Positions 41,608-51,837 of a stretch of 64,000 nucleotides of DNA are shown in pieces. This DNA is from Ignavibacteriales bacterium. Lineage in GTDB: Bacteria; Bacteroidota; Ignavibacteria; UBA10030; UBA6906. A program made the translations under genes and the position numbers. The notes under the pieces are model-generated. The model ran no database searches. It was given only the letters and a program-made list of their open reading frames with translations, and was not told the DNA's origin. How positions within the stretch are numbered: the stretch's first letter is position 1; every line of letters starts with the position of its first letter. The DNA is taken from positions 1 to 64,000 of the forward strand of contig JBBIRR010000020.1 in assembly GCA_037441705.1 (NCBI GenBank), given 5' to 3'.

Positions 41608-42705
41608 ATGAAGCTCTCCGAGAAGTTCATTCGTACGTTACCGAAAGTCCTTTTGCACGATCATCTTGACGGCGGCTTGCGTCCTGAAACCGTCATCGAA
41701 CTCGCCCGCGATAACGGCTATAAGAAGCTTCCCACGGACGACCCGGGTGAGCTGGCACAGTGGTTTCATCGCGGTGCGCAGCGTGGAAGCTTGCCCCTCT
41801 ACCTCGAAGGCTTTGCGCATACCTGCGGCGTGATGCAAACGGAAGAGGCGCTTGAGCGCGTAGCCTACGAGATGATGGAGGACATGTATAACGACAACGT
41901 TGTCTATGTCGAGACGCGGTTTGCGCCCGTCTTTCACACCGAAAAGGGTTTGCATTGGGATGAGGTGGTCAATGCCGTGCTGAAGGGACTTGAGCGGGGG
42001 CGGCGCGACTTTGGTGTCGAGTACGGGTTGATCATCTGCGCCATGCGGAACATGCATCTGTCGCAGGAGATGGCTGAGCTGGCCGTGGATTTTCGGGAGC
42101 GCGGCGTGGTGGGATTCGATCTTGCAGGCGAGGAAGGCGGCTTTCCGCCGAAGAAGCACGTCGACGCATTCCACTACATTCAACGCGAGAATTTTAACAT
42201 CACCATTCACGCCGGCGAGGCCTTCGGCAAGGAAAGCATCTGGCAGGCTATTCAGTGGTGCGGGGCCCACCGCATCGGGCACGCGACACGTTTGATCGAG
42301 GATATCGGACTCGATAAGCGAGACCCGACGAAGGTGACCAAGATGGGCTATCTGGCGCAGTACATTCTGGACAAGCGCATTCCGCTTGAAATCTGCCTGA
42401 CGAGCAACGTGGATACCGGTGCGGTCAAGTCCATCGAGGAACATCCCTTTGGCATCTATTATCGGTATAAGTTTCGTGTAACACTCAACACGGACGATCG
42501 CTTGATGAGCAACACCACGATGACGAAGGAGTTATCTCTCGCGCATAAGGTGTTCAAGCTCGGTCTCGATGATCTGGAAAAGATCACCATCAACGCGATG
42601 AAGAGTGCGTTCATTCCGTACAATCGTCGCATTCGTCTTATCTATGACGTAATCAAACCCGGCTACGCCAAGGCGCGCCAGCGCCTCTCGCGGGCGAAGG
42701 CATGA
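41608..42705 (+). CDS. add: Adenosine deaminase
   Basis: LHDHLDGG, TIHAGE, RIGHA, EICLTSN, NTDDR. Confidence 0.93.
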   Translation: MKLSEKFIRTLPKVLLHDHLDGGLRPETVIELARDNGYKKLPTDDPGELAQWFHRGAQRGSLPLYLEGFAHTCGVMQTEEALERVAYEMMEDMYNDNVVYVETRFAPVFHTEKGLHWDEVVNAVLKGLERGRRDFGVEYGLIICAMRNMHLSQEMAELAVDFRERGVVGFDLAGEEGGFPPKKHVDAFHYIQRENFNITIHAGEAFGKESIWQAIQWCGAHRIGHATRLIEDIGLDKRDPTKVTKMGYLAQYILDKRIPLEICLTSNVDTGAVKSIEEHPFGIYYRYKFRVTLNTDDRLMSNTTMTKELSLAHKVFKLGLDDLEKITINAMKSAFIPYNRRIRLIYDVIKPGYAKARQRLSRAKA

Positions 42706-42754
42706 TGCGCTGCCGGTTACTGCCGTTCTTCTGTTGTCTCAACATGGGGGGACT

Positions 42755-43246
42755 TTGAATCTCTACATCGTTCGTCACGGCGACGCCAACCCGCTGGGAG
42801 GCGAATTCCGTACAGATTACGAGCGGACACTGAGTGAAGAGGGGAGAGCGGAGGCTCATTTGATGGCACAGGCACTGCTCAACATCGATTTGAATATTGC
42901 CGCTATTCTCACGAGTCCGTTGACCCGCGCCATAGAGACGGGAGAGATTTTCGGGCGGGTGCTGAAGCGTGAACCGTTGCCGACACGGAAGCTCGAGCCC
43001 GGCTTCGATCCGCGCGCCCTTGCGGAGGAGGTACAGAGTGTCGCCAGCGGCGCCGGCGTGGTCGTTATCGGGCATCAACCGGATATGAGCACGTTTATCT
43101 CCTATCTCATCTCTCCGGCGCACGCTGCAACCGTGGCGATGGAAACCTGCGCGATTGCGGCAGTTCATCTTCCGACCAACGGTCCCCCAAAACTTCGCTG
43201 GCTGCTCACGCCCGAGATCGTACGGCGAATGAACCCGTCGTTCTAA
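42755..43246 (+). CDS. sixA: Phosphohistidine phosphatase SixA
   Basis: LYIVRHGDA, TSPLTRAIETGE, VIGHQPD; TTG start inferred. Confidence 0.88.
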   Translation: MNLYIVRHGDANPLGGEFRTDYERTLSEEGRAEAHLMAQALLNIDLNIAAILTSPLTRAIETGEIFGRVLKREPLPTRKLEPGFDPRALAEEVQSVASGAGVVVIGHQPDMSTFISYLISPAHAATVAMETCAIAAVHLPTNGPPKLRWLLTPEIVRRMNPSF

Positions 43247-43264
43247 TCCAAGAAGAGGTAACGC

Positions 43265-43747
43265 ATGGAAATCACCACCATCCGTATCGAAAAGCCCGAT
43301 GAGATGAACTTCATCCTCGGACACTCGCATTTCATCAAAACGGTCGAGGACCTGTACGAGGCAATCGTGCAAACAAACCCCTCGATGAAATTCGGGATCG
43401 CATTCTGTGAATCGTCGGGACCTGCGCTCGTCCGTTCCGTGGGCAACGATCAACGCTTGATCGAGCTGGCCCAAAAGAATGCTATGAACCTCGGTGCAGG
43501 CCATACGTTCATCATCATGATGGAGAACGGTTTCCCCATCAACATCCTCAACGCCATCAAGAACGTTCCGGAAATCTGCCGCATCCACTGTGCGACCGCC
43601 AATCCCACCGAGGTAATCATTGCAGAAACCGAGCAAGGGCGAGGAATTCTCGGCGTCATCGACGGTGTCAGAACGAAAGGAATTGAAACCGAGGCGGATG
43701 TCGTGAAGCGGAAGGAGTTTTTGAGGAAGATTGGCTATAAGCTGTGA
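43265..43747 (+). CDS. Adenosine-specific kinase family (DUF355)
   Basis: NFILGHSHFIKTVEDL, FGIAFCESSG, CATANP, GRGILGVIDG. Confidence 0.88.
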   Translation: MEITTIRIEKPDEMNFILGHSHFIKTVEDLYEAIVQTNPSMKFGIAFCESSGPALVRSVGNDQRLIELAQKNAMNLGAGHTFIIMMENGFPINILNAIKNVPEICRIHCATANPTEVIIAETEQGRGILGVIDGVRTKGIETEADVVKRKEFLRKIGYKL

Positions 43748-43758
43748 AAGAAGGGATC

Positions 43759-43802
43759 GGAGTAAATGGAGTAATCGAGTAATGGAGTAATGGAGTAATG
43801 GA
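43759..43802. repeat. Short tandem repeat, about 5 x GGAGTAAT
   Basis: ggagtaaatggagtaatcgagtaatggagtaatggagtaatgga directly upstream of ATG 43806. Confidence 0.85.
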
Positions 43803-43805
43803 TTT

Positions 43806-45098
43806 ATGAACACTCTCACTCGTCGTACATTCATCCGAACGTTTTCCGGCGGCGCGCTTGGTGCCGCGATGCTGTATGCTTTCCCCGAAGACGCACGGGC
43901 GAAATACATCCTTGCCTCCGATCAGGAGGTGGAGGCCGATGACGAGTATTTCTGGCGTGTCGTGCGTGATCAGTTTCCTCTCAAGAAGGAGCCGCTTTTT
44001 CTGAACAACGGAACGATGGGGCCTTCCCCGTACGTCGTTCTTGATGCAGTGCGGGCGGAGATGGAGGATGTCGACCGCACGGCCCGCTATGGAGGATGGG
44101 AGCCGGCGCGAGCCAAGATTGCCCGGTTCATCAATGCGGAAGAGCAGGAGATCGCTCTCACCCACAACGTGACGGAAGGGATTAACATCGTTGCGTGCGG
44201 ACTTCCGCTGAAAAAAGGCGATGAAGTGATTCTGACCGATCACGAGCACGCCGGCAACGCGCTTCCCTGGCTTGCCCGCGCCCGGCGCGATGGCATCGTA
44301 ATCAAGCAACTGAAGCTTGCTCGCTCGTTCGAGGAGACAATGAATCGGCTGAACGCGCTTATCGGTTCGCGCACCCGCTGCATTGCAGTCCCTCACATCA
44401 CCTGCACCATCGGTCAGGTTTTGCCTGCGAAGGAGATTGCAGCGCTTGCGCGCGAGAAGGGCCTCTGGTTCTTCCTCGACGGCGCCCACACGCCGGGGAT
44501 GCTTCCGCTCGATGTAAAAGAACTCGGCTGCGACTTCTTCGCGTCGTGCGGCCACAAGTGGATGATGGGTCCAAAAGGCACGGGCTTTCTCTACGTTCGA
44601 CGCGAGATGCTCGAGACCGTGGAGCCGTATTGGACAGGCGCCAGCGCCGATACGGCGTGGGACCTTGCAAAAGGAACGATCGCATTCCGCAAAGACGCGC
44701 ATCGGTTCGACTTTGCCACGCAAAGCTCGGCCATCTTTGTGGGACTTGGGGCGGCAGTAGATTTCTTGCATCATCTGGGGATGCAAAACGTTGCCCGTCG
44801 CGGGCAGGCGATGGCGGCGCATTTGCGCAGGAGACTTCTGCAGCTTGGCGACCGCATTGAAATCCTGACTCCCGATGAGAAGGGCGGGTACGGCTCCGTT
44901 CTCGGCTTCCGCATCAAAACTGTCCCGTTCGACGTGCTTCACAAACAACTTCTCGATCACTATCACATCATCACCCGCATGGTGCCGGAGAATGGCGTCA
45001 ATTGCAACCGCATCTCCACGCACATCTACAACTCATTCGAAGAGGTGAACAAAGTTGCCGATGCCATTACAGCCATCGTGGAGGGAAAGGAAGGATGA
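43806..45098 (+). CDS. Tat-exported class V PLP enzyme (cysteine desulfurase/lyase or isopenicillin N epimerase-like)
   Basis: Twin-arginine signal TRRTFI; FLNNGTMG, EHAGN, DGAH, SCGHKWMMGPKGTG. Confidence 0.87.
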   Translation: MNTLTRRTFIRTFSGGALGAAMLYAFPEDARAKYILASDQEVEADDEYFWRVVRDQFPLKKEPLFLNNGTMGPSPYVVLDAVRAEMEDVDRTARYGGWEPARAKIARFINAEEQEIALTHNVTEGINIVACGLPLKKGDEVILTDHEHAGNALPWLARARRDGIVIKQLKLARSFEETMNRLNALIGSRTRCIAVPHITCTIGQVLPAKEIAALAREKGLWFFLDGAHTPGMLPLDVKELGCDFFASCGHKWMMGPKGTGFLYVRREMLETVEPYWTGASADTAWDLAKGTIAFRKDAHRFDFATQSSAIFVGLGAAVDFLHHLGMQNVARRGQAMAAHLRRRLLQLGDRIEILTPDEKGGYGSVLGFRIKTVPFDVLHKQLLDHYHIITRMVPENGVNCNRISTHIYNSFEEVNKVADAITAIVEGKEG

Positions 45099-45580
45099 GG
45101 CAAAGAGGACTCACATCGTTGTTTGTGATCGTGGCATTGATGGGCTGCGGTCCCACGGAGGATGATGTCCGCCGCTTTGTGCACGAAGAATTGAGTAGGG
45201 CGATGCAGAGGACGACGATTGCCCCGACAAAAACAATCGGGCCGTACAGTCCCGCCGTGCGGATTGGAAATTTCCTCTTTGTCTCGGGCCAGATCGGCAT
45301 TGACCAGAACACGGGGCAGCTGCGCAGCGAGTCGTTCGAAGCAGAGACGCGGCAGGTGCTTGAAAACATCCGGACGATTCTCCACGCAGCGGGTTTTGAT
45401 TCGTCACACGTTGTCAGCACGACGGTGTTTCTCAAGAACATGAATGACTTCGAGAAAATGAATCATGTCTACGAGAACTTCTTCCCGGCAGGAAGCTATC
45501 CTGCACGCACGACGGTGGGCGTGAGCGAACTACCTCGCGGGGCGAACATGGAGATTACTGTCGTGGCGTACAAACCGTAA
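45095..45580 (+). CDS. RidA-family enamine/imine deaminase with a lipoprotein signal
   Basis: MRQRGLTSLFVIVALMGC lipobox; GPYSPAV, FVSGQI, PARTTV..LP.GA.MEI; ATGA overlap with the upstream gene. Confidence 0.85.
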   Translation: MRQRGLTSLFVIVALMGCGPTEDDVRRFVHEELSRAMQRTTIAPTKTIGPYSPAVRIGNFLFVSGQIGIDQNTGQLRSESFEAETRQVLENIRTILHAAGFDSSHVVSTTVFLKNMNDFEKMNHVYENFFPAGSYPARTTVGVSELPRGANMEITVVAYKP

Positions 45581-45592
45581 AGGAGATGTAAC

Positions 45593-47272
45593 ATGACGAC
45601 ATTCGTTGAACAACCACCTCCCGCGCAGCGCACGATTCGCGCTCCACGCGGGACGACGATCACCTGCAAAGGCTGGATTCAGGAAGCGGCGCTTCGCATG
45701 CTCATGAACAATCTCGATCCTGAAGTTGCCGAGAAGCCGGATCAACTCATCGTGTACGGAGGCGTTGGCAAGGCGGCGCGTAACTGGGAGTGTTTCGATG
45801 CACTTGTCCGGACGCTGAGAAGTCTTGACGATGACGAGACCCTTCTTGTCCAATCGGGCAAGCCGGTGGGTGTCTTCCGCACGTACGAGGATGCGCCGCG
45901 CGTTCTCATTTCCAATTCCATGCTCGTGCCGAAGTGGGCGACGTGGGATGAATTTCGGAGGTTAGAAGCGTTGGGCCTCACCATGTACGGACAGATGACC
46001 GCTGGAAGTTGGATCTACATCGGCACGCAGGGCATTCTACAAGGAACGTACGAAACGTTTGCCGCGTGTGCGGAGCGGTATTTCGGCGGCAGTCTTGCCG
46101 GAAAGCTTCTCGTCACCGCGGGACTCGGAGGAATGGGCGGCGCACAACCGCTTGCTGCAACCATGAACGGTGCGGCATGTCTTGCCGTCGAGGTTGATCA
46201 CTCGCGTATCGAAAAGCGTTTGAAGACCGGGTACGTGGACGAGATGGCCACGTCGCTGGATGACGCCCTTCTCACCTTGCAGACCGCCAAAGCCCTGAAG
46301 CAGCCGAAGTCTGTTGCCTTGCTGGGCAATGCCGCTGAAGTGTTACCGGAACTGCTTCATCGAGGAATTGAAGTCGATGTGCTGACGGATCAAACATCGG
46401 CGCACGACACGCTGAACGGCTATGTTCCGGCGCATATCAGTTACGAGCAGGCGCTGGAGCTGCGCAAGACCGACCCGGAGCGTTACATCAAACTCGCGCA
46501 GGAGTCCATCGTTGAACATGTTCAGGCGATGCTCGGCTTGCAGAAGCGCGGGGCTGTGACATTCGATTACGGCAACAACATTCGTGGCGAAGCATACGCT
46601 AACGGCGTGACGAACGCTTTCGATATTCCGGGGTTCGTCCCCGAATACATCCGCCCGCTGTTCTGCGATGGCAAGGGTCCCTTCCGATGGGCAGCGCTAT
46701 CAGGAGATCCGGAAGACATCTATCGCACCGACCGCGCGGTGATGGAAACCTTTCCGGAGAATCGGCCACTGTGCCGCTGGATTGAGAAAGCGCAGAAGCA
46801 CGTGCACTTCCAGGGATTGCCGGCTCGCATCTGCTGGCTGGGGTATGGCGAGCGCGCAAGGATGGGGAAAATCTTCAACGATTTGGTCGCACGCGGTGAG
46901 GTGAAGGCGCCCATCGTGATTGGTCGTGATCATTTGGACTGCGGCTCGGTTGCATCCCCCAATCGTGAGACGGAGAAGATGAAAGACGGCAGCGATGCGA
47001 TCGCCGACTGGCCGATTCTCAATGCCTTGCTCAACGCCGTCGGTGGGGCGAGCTGGGTGAGTGTCCATCACGGCGGCGGCGTGGGCATGGGACTCTCGAT
47101 TCACGCCGGCATGGTGATCGTTGCAGACGGAACGAAAGCTGCGGAGGCGCGCCTCGAACGCGTCCTCACCTACGATCCGGGCACCGGCATCATGCGCCAC
47201 GCCGACGCGGGATACGAAAGGGCAATCGAGAACGCAAGGAAGTTTGGTGTGAAAGTGCCGATGATCAAGTGA
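45593..47272 (+). CDS. hutU: Urocanate hydratase
   Basis: [42 protein letters not shown]. Confidence 0.98.
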   Translation: MTTFVEQPPPAQRTIRAPRGTTITCKGWIQEAALRMLMNNLDPEVAEKPDQLIVYGGVGKAARNWECFDALVRTLRSLDDDETLLVQSGKPVGVFRTYEDAPRVLISNSMLVPKWATWDEFRRLEALGLTMYGQMTAGSWIYIGTQGILQGTYETFAACAERYFGGSLAGKLLVTAGLGGMGGAQPLAATMNGAACLAVEVDHSRIEKRLKTGYVDEMATSLDDALLTLQTAKALKQPKSVALLGNAAEVLPELLHRGIEVDVLTDQTSAHDTLNGYVPAHISYEQALELRKTDPERYIKLAQESIVEHVQAMLGLQKRGAVTFDYGNNIRGEAYANGVTNAFDIPGFVPEYIRPLFCDGKGPFRWAALSGDPEDIYRTDRAVMETFPENRPLCRWIEKAQKHVHFQGLPARICWLGYGERARMGKIFNDLVARGEVKAPIVIGRDHLDCGSVASPNRETEKMKDGSDAIADWPILNALLNAVGGASWVSVHHGGGVGMGLSIHAGMVIVADGTKAAEARLERVLTYDPGTGIMRHADAGYERAIENARKFGVKVPMIK

Positions 47273-47480
47273 TCCATCAAAAGAGCGACACGATTTCGAC
47301 GAATGTTTTTTCGACAATTTCACCAGGCGAAATCCGGGGGTATCACCTTCAGCACTCACGACATACGCGAGCGGACGAACGCGCGTCAACGGAAAGATCA
47401 TCCTGCGAAAAAACACGAAGCCCTGAATCCCTTCGCGTTTCTTCGTCTACTTAGTGCATAACAATACCAGGAGGCTCCCC

Positions 47481-47849
47481 ATGCATCGTATCGGTCATGT
47501 GCAGATTCCCACAACCAATGTGAAGAAGGCGAAGAAGTTCTTTGGGAAGGTGTTTGGTTGGACGTTCACCGATCACCCCGAGATCAAGTACACGCTCTTT
47601 CATACGGGTGGCCACCCGAACGGCGGTTTTGAGCGCGTGAAGAAAATGCCGAAGAGGCCGCAAACGGTGGTGTACATCGAAGTGGATGATGTGGACGCCA
47701 AGCTGAAGGAAATCAAGAAAGCCAAAGGTAAGATCGTGCAGAAGAAGACCGAAGTACCGGGGATGGGGTGGTATGGCGTGTTCCGCACACCCGATGGATG
47801 CGAACTTGCCATCTGGCAGTCGCTGCCGAAAACCGAGACGCATGCCTGA
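47481..47849 (+). CDS. VOC/glyoxalase-family protein
   Basis: RBS AGGAGG; HVQIP...AKKFFGKVFGW, YIEVDDVD, FRTPDGCELAIWQ. Confidence 0.88.
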   Translation: MHRIGHVQIPTTNVKKAKKFFGKVFGWTFTDHPEIKYTLFHTGGHPNGGFERVKKMPKRPQTVVYIEVDDVDAKLKEIKKAKGKIVQKKTEVPGMGWYGVFRTPDGCELAIWQSLPKTETHA

Positions 47850-48057
47850 GCGCGACGCCGGAACAAATCTACGCTCCGTGCGTATTGGGTTATGTGCCGA
47901 CTGCGCGCACGCAGAGGTGCATCGCAGCGGCAAAGGGAGCGAGTTCTACCGCTGCCTGCGTTCGAAAACCGATCCTCGCTTTGCCAAATACCCGCGCCTT
48001 CCTGTTCTCCAGTGCAGCGGCTACGAGCAACGAAAAGAAACCGATGCAACATCGTAG
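47842..48057 (+). CDS. Small four-cysteine hypothetical protein
   Basis: GLCADCAH...FYRC...DPRFAKYPRLPVLQCSGY; overlaps the VOC stop and abuts the PP2C start. Confidence 0.7.
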   Translation: MPERDAGTNLRSVRIGLCADCAHAEVHRSGKGSEFYRCLRSKTDPRFAKYPRLPVLQCSGYEQRKETDATS

Positions 48058-49428
48058 ATGGAGCGAACACTGAAAGACGATGTCATGACTTCGCTGCGGC
48101 GCGAGGCCGACGACATGGCTTCCACGCTGCGCGATGCGGTTGTGAGCGCCCGCGATGCCATTCGACGGGGTGGACTCAAGGATATCCCCCGCCGCATCAA
48201 TGAGCCGTCCGGTTTCGATCCCATCAAATTCAAGAAGCTGCTCGTCACGGTCATCAAGCTGCTGATCGTCTTTGAGTTCATCTCCGCGATCATGGAGGGA
48301 ATCGGCACGGGCGATTGGAGCAGGCTGGGAACCGACCTGATTATTGCCGGCATCGTGTATGTCCTCTGGGATCGCATCACCACACTCGTCCAGAAGAAAA
48401 AGGATGAGTATCGCCGCAAGATGGAGCACCCGAGCGGAGAAACGAAACTGACCGACGCACTGCTGTTCTCGCTCCTCTGGAGCGACGAAATTTACATGGA
48501 CATTCCGCTGGATATGCGGAGATTGGTGGTGATTGCGTACACCCTCATCGCCATCAGCATCGGGGCGATTTTCATCGGGTTCGGTCAGGGACTCGTCGGG
48601 TTGATCCTCTGCAGTTCGCTCCTGCTCGCGGCGGTGAACCTTCTCGCGTGGGTCGTCTCGCGCGAACGCGGCGAAAAGGATACGCTGAAAACCGAACTGA
48701 AGCTCGCTCACGATGTCCAGCTTTCCCTCATGCCCAAAGAACATCCTACGGTTGAAGGGCTGGATATTGCGGGCCTCTCGATTCCGGCGCGGGAAGTCGG
48801 GGGCGACCATTTCGACTACGCGTTCATGCAGGGCGACACGAGAAGGTTCGGCATCTGCGTGTTCGATGTTTCCGGGAAAGGGATGCAGGCGGCCATGAGC
48901 GCCGTGTTCATGAGCGGTGCGTTCGCCAGCGCTGCACGGCACTCGGCGTCGCCGGCTGAAATCCTTACGCGCCTCAACAAATTGGTGCATGCCCACTCCC
49001 GTCGCGGCCACTTCGTAGCATTCCTGCTGGCCGTCTTTGACGTAGATGAACATACGCTGCGTTTTGCCAACGCAGGCCAGATGAAGCCTCTTCTTGTTTC
49101 TCAAGGCTCGATCGAATGGCTCGATCCCAATGGCGTGCACTTTCCTTTAGGAATGAAAGAGGACAGCGTGTTTGCCGAACGATCACTTCATCTGCGCTCC
49201 GGCGATGTGCTCGTCCTACTTACCGACGGTTTTACCGAGGCAATGAACGATCACCACGAGCAATTTGGGCAGGAGCGACTCGAGACCATCATGCGGCGAC
49301 CGGACACGAATCAGCTTCCCGCGCAACAGGTGTTGGATCGCATCACACATGAGATTCAGGCACACGTCGGCGCTGCAGCTCAGCATGATGACATGACCAT
49401 GGTGGTGGTGAAAGTGACATGGCCTTGA
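48058..49428 (+). CDS. Membrane-bound PP2C/SpoIIE (RsbU-like) phosphatase
   Basis: About 4 TM segments; EVGGDHFD, DVSGKG, NAGQ, TDGFTEA, DDMT. Confidence 0.9.
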   Translation: MERTLKDDVMTSLRREADDMASTLRDAVVSARDAIRRGGLKDIPRRINEPSGFDPIKFKKLLVTVIKLLIVFEFISAIMEGIGTGDWSRLGTDLIIAGIVYVLWDRITTLVQKKKDEYRRKMEHPSGETKLTDALLFSLLWSDEIYMDIPLDMRRLVVIAYTLIAISIGAIFIGFGQGLVGLILCSSLLLAAVNLLAWVVSRERGEKDTLKTELKLAHDVQLSLMPKEHPTVEGLDIAGLSIPAREVGGDHFDYAFMQGDTRRFGICVFDVSGKGMQAAMSAVFMSGAFASAARHSASPAEILTRLNKLVHAHSRRGHFVAFLLAVFDVDEHTLRFANAGQMKPLLVSQGSIEWLDPNGVHFPLGMKEDSVFAERSLHLRSGDVLVLLTDGFTEAMNDHHEQFGQERLETIMRRPDTNQLPAQQVLDRITHEIQAHVGAAAQHDDMTMVVVKVTWP

Positions 49429-49517
49429 GCGCCGTTGGGTGAGATAGCCTACCAGCTGATTGAAGGGAGTTGCATAGAGTTCTCAGAGTTTGTGGAGTTG
49501 CGCACGTGAAATCTGCA

Positions 49518-50645
49518 ATGAAGGGCTGCCGCGGCAGAGTTTGCCTTTTGTGTTTTCTCATCCCGCTATTCATTTCTCTTGCGTCGTCTCAACCGAACCC
49601 TCACTTCAACATCCGGCTCAGCATCAACTATGAGTCGGCTGAGCGGTGCATCGAGTTGTACGAAGGGCGTTCCGGCAGCGGAAGCGATATCGCAGCGCTC
49701 CGCGGCAGCCGGCTTGCCCTTGCCACGACTGCCGACCTTGCCCGGCGGAGCCTGACAAGCAGAGATTTAGAGTCGAGCCTGAACGACATCAAGTTCGGAC
49801 AGGTGGAGAGCGACGACGTGTTCCGACTGAAGGACGCCCGCGAGAACGTCACATTGATCAAGGAACTGCTCACTACCATCAGACGAAGGAACTTTGCTCA
49901 GCGCGTTGTGAGCACGGTCGAGCAATTGTTTCCGCCGGGAACGTCTATCGCCGCCTCCGTTCCCGTGTACGTCGTTGCGTTCGGGCATGAAAATATCGAT
50001 GCCTACGTTCGGCGCGTCGTGTGGCATGGCGATGTGCCTCAGTTTGTAGGCGAAGGCGAAGGAGAGCTGACCATTGTGGTGAATCTTGCCAAGGCCGTCA
50101 GCTATGGAAGAACGGTGGACGAACGGTTCATCGGCGTCCTCAGCGTTGTGGCCCACGAAGTGTTTCATGTGGCGTTCGGTGTGTACAAGGATGCCGCTCC
50201 GGCGTGGCAGTCGTACTACTCAACGCATACCTCCTATCTTGATCAACTTCTCGATCTCACACAAAACGAGGGCATCGCGCATTACCTCACGTTCGAGCAG
50301 CGAACGAGAGGCGTGCTTCCCCTGGATTGGGAGGAGAAGATTACCGCCGCGTTCGCGGAATTCAACCGCGTTGCAGAAGAGCTTTCATCGCCTCGCATTA
50401 GCCCGTTCAGGGCACATACCCTTATTGCCAGCTCGAACACGTCGGGGTACTGGCAAAGCTATGGCGCCATCACCGGCATGTTCATCGCCCGCACGATTGA
50501 CCAAAAGCTGGGCCGCGCTGCACTGACGGCGACTGTTGCAAACGGCGTCGCTGATTTCTATTTGAAGTACATTGAACTTTCTGAGCGGCACAATAGCCTG
50601 CCGAAGCTTGCTCCTTCCATGGCTCGTCACTTTACGCGGCGCTAG
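49518..50645 (+). CDS. Exported putative Zn-dependent protease (DUF5700-like)
   Basis: Signal peptide; HEVFH followed by NEGIAHY. Confidence 0.75.
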   Translation: MKGCRGRVCLLCFLIPLFISLASSQPNPHFNIRLSINYESAERCIELYEGRSGSGSDIAALRGSRLALATTADLARRSLTSRDLESSLNDIKFGQVESDDVFRLKDARENVTLIKELLTTIRRRNFAQRVVSTVEQLFPPGTSIAASVPVYVVAFGHENIDAYVRRVVWHGDVPQFVGEGEGELTIVVNLAKAVSYGRTVDERFIGVLSVVAHEVFHVAFGVYKDAAPAWQSYYSTHTSYLDQLLDLTQNEGIAHYLTFEQRTRGVLPLDWEEKITAAFAEFNRVAEELSSPRISPFRAHTLIASSNTSGYWQSYGAITGMFIARTIDQKLGRAALTATVANGVADFYLKYIELSERHNSLPKLAPSMARHFTRR

Positions 50646-50774
50646 AGGTCGCCCTGCGGGGAACCTGTTCGGGACAACCGGCGTATCTGCCGCGACAACC
50701 GGGACAACTCACGACCGACCTTGTCCGCTTTTCATCAAGTTACAGCGCGTCTGCCGTGACGACCCAGAAAAACA

Positions 50775-51452
50775 CCGTCATGCTGAGCGACGTCACGATG
50801 CTTTCTGTCGTGACGGAGTCGAAGCATGATCATCGGCTGTCGGGGATCGGCGCTGTTGTTACTTCGAGCGATTGCGCGGAACACCCTTCGACTCCGTCCC
50901 GCCTGAAAAGCGGCGGGACTGCGCTCAGGGTGACGGAGCGATCGGACGTCACGGCTCACGCGCCTGACACCCCGCGCCGTGACGGAAGGGCGGGAAGTCG
51001 ACTACTCCGTCATGCTGAGCGCTGCTTTCCAAGCGCGAAGCATCCCAGAACCGGCGAACATGATTGTAGGGACATGCCTCCGGCATGTCCTGCTGGAAGT
51101 GTGCATACATCGCGCATCGTCAACGCAAGCATTTAGCGCTCCTCACACGCGGACACGGCGGAGCCGTGTCCCTACACATTTGCGCGGAACACCCTTCGAC
51201 TCCGTCCCGCCTGAAAGGCGGCGGGACTGCGCTCAGGGTGACGAGGCAGAACCCGCGCCCGCCAAAATCGTTGGCCGTGTGCGATGGGAAGATTCAATCG
51301 AAGGGGTTACGTTTCGGTGAACCTGTACATCGCGTTCGGGCAGCTACACGCTCTCCCACCGAAACGTACGGCACGCGGGCGGCGATTGAATCGTGCGTTA
51401 CGATTTTGGATGTTCTCTTGGTTACTTCTCTTCCAAAGAGAAGTAACAACAA
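50775..51452. repeat. Mosaic cluster of REP-like palindromic repeats (copy A)
   Basis: gtcatgctgagcg...gagtcgaagc and cccttcgactccg...cgctcagggtgac arms (the latter twice), GTAG-type gtagggacatgcc..ggcatgtcc, gttacttctcttccaaagagaagtaac hairpin. Confidence 0.85.
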
Positions 51453-51561
51453 GCACCACACAGGCGCAACGATGGCTGCGGGGCGGGTTGCCTTTGGTGC
51501 GAGCGTCTGTTACATTACCGAGGCGATCGCCGTTGCATGTAGCACTTCGAGGAGTCTGACG

Positions 51562-51760
51562 ATGCGATACAGGATAGCCCTTGTGCTTGCGCTGCTGAGT
51601 CCACCTGCAAGAAGGAGCCACCCCCTGCCGTGCAGGTGCCCACGTTAGCACTGCAAGCGATTGACGCAAGCTGCACCGAGGCTTGGCTCAAAGCCACAAC
51701 CAGCCAGATACCTGCCACCGTGCGTCTCATTCGCCTGACCCCAAGTCTACAAACTAATTC
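51562..51760 (+). pseudogene. Frameshifted, truncated lipoprotein relic
   Basis: RBS GAGGAG; MRYRIALVLALLS, frameshift, TCKKEPPPAVQVPTLALQAIDASCTEAWLK; 3' end approximate. Confidence 0.6.
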
Positions 51761-51837
51761 ACTCATCCATCAACAATCCAAGGTTAGAGGTGTACGAGGA
51801 AACAAATCGAATGGTCAAGACGGGACGAAGCACAGAT

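Noticed and set aside
47273-47470. Possible gene fragment between hutU and the VOC gene
   Set aside because: The plus-strand frames are partly open, but none gave a recognisable motif
50775-51452. Possible CRISPR array
   Set aside because: No regularly spaced identical repeats with unique spacers, and no cas genes in the window
50756-51669. Several ORFs with near-identical peptides at 51 kb and 62 kb (e.g. AEHPSTPSRLKSGGTALRVT)
   Set aside because: These are translations of palindromic DNA repeats in several frames, not a protein family
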